Made by a program: the position numbers and the translations under genes. DNA of 63,426 nucleotides, filler included, from Octopus bimaculoides (Eukaryota), in the NCBI RefSeq assembly GCF_001194135.2. It is 10 parts of 9 records of this genome, joined end to end, with 100 filler letters (N's around TTAATTAATTAA, not from the genome) between each part and the next. Parts side by side here need not be neighbours in the genome. Positions count along the whole stretch, not along the records: positions 61,153 to 63,426 come from NC_068981.1; 9 more parts are not named here. One strand, written 5' to 3'. Position 1 is the first letter of the stretch, and each line of letters opens with the position of its first letter. This document shows, one piece after another, positions 62,589 to 63,426 of the stretch. A model generated the notes under the pieces. That model saw nothing but the letters and a program-made list of their open reading frames with translations. It was not told the DNA's origin and did not search any database.

Positions 62589-62680
62589 CCCTTATCAGAC
62601 GGGTAGTCATGATGGGTATAATGGACTTCATATATTTTACCCCAGCGTCACTTTGATGGCGTACACTGCTCTCTCAATCA
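62589..62680 (-). repeat. Dispersed repeat family D fragment
   Basis: acccttatcagacgggtagtcatgatgggtata..ggacttcatatattttaccc..gtcactttgatggc. Confidence 0.65.
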
Positions 62681-62683
62681 ATA

Positions 62684-62744
<61 letters not shown>

Positions 62745-63426
62745 CTTTGACAATGTTGATGACAATGATGACAACAATGACAATGATAATGATGACAGCG
62801 ATGACGACAAGGAATATGACGAGGAAGGAAATATCTTTTTTAAATATTAGAATTGATGCTCTGAAGAAATAACATTCTTTAAAAGCGTTTCTGCAGTTGC
62901 TCATGTATAATGATGTGACAGTCGTTTTGTTAAAATCCCTCGCGAGCGATGTTTTGTTATTGCTAATAATAGATCTTATTTATACTACCAATACTATTTT
63001 TTGTTATTATTTTGTTTTGTCTTTTATTACAGTCATTTTGTTACTGTAGTTGTTGATTTTTCTTTTTTGCGACCACATTATTTTAAAATTCTTACGTCTC
63101 TGTGTATGTTTTTTTTTTTTGCATTTCTTTTTTTACTTTTTATTTTTTTTTACATTTTATGTTTCGTTGCTTGTTTGCCTGTTTGATAGAATGCGATTTA
63201 TTAGTTTGCTGGGTTTTTTTTTTTGTTTTTCTTTCTCCTCCCCACTTTCCTTTCTTTTGTTTCATCGCTGTTCTTGAGAGAGATGATCACTGACTGAATA
63301 GAGAAGAATAAAAGGAAAGAAAGAAAGCAGGAAACAAAGAGAGTAGGAAATAAAGGAGAGAGAAACATGGAAACACACACACACGTATATATATATATAT
63401 ATATATACATACATATATATATATAT

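Overview
AT-rich, gap-ridden eukaryotic scaffold made mostly of microsatellites and transposon debris. The SINE families, TTAGGG-type repeats and repeat density suggest an octopod cephalopod (inference). I could not identify any intact host protein-coding gene, rRNA, genuine tRNA or CRISPR array. Nearly all long ORFs in the supplied track are artefacts of microsatellites or N-gaps. Recognisable content: a Tigger/pogo transposase pseudogene; maT-like and mariner remnants; a HERO-like and several R4/Dong-like RLE non-LTR retrotransposons; two Penelope-like (GIY-YIG) elements; four recurring SINE-like families; several fold-back (MITE-like) elements; and nine artificial TTAATTAATTAA gap markers. 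Most interesting signals: (1) a Penelope-like element whose inverted pseudo-LTRs combine a tRNA-like Pol III head, an (AAT)n linker and a minimal type-I hammerhead ribozyme (3 copies in the window); (2) a second hammerhead-like family sitting on the axis of a spacer-less palindrome; (3) an R4/Dong-like retrotransposon family whose 5'-truncated copies repeatedly start in (TACA)n tracts, beside a Dong-like relative inserted in (TAA)n; (4) a MITE-like element carrying a telomeric-repeat array between 36-bp inverted repeats. Repeat boundaries were read by eye and are approximate.
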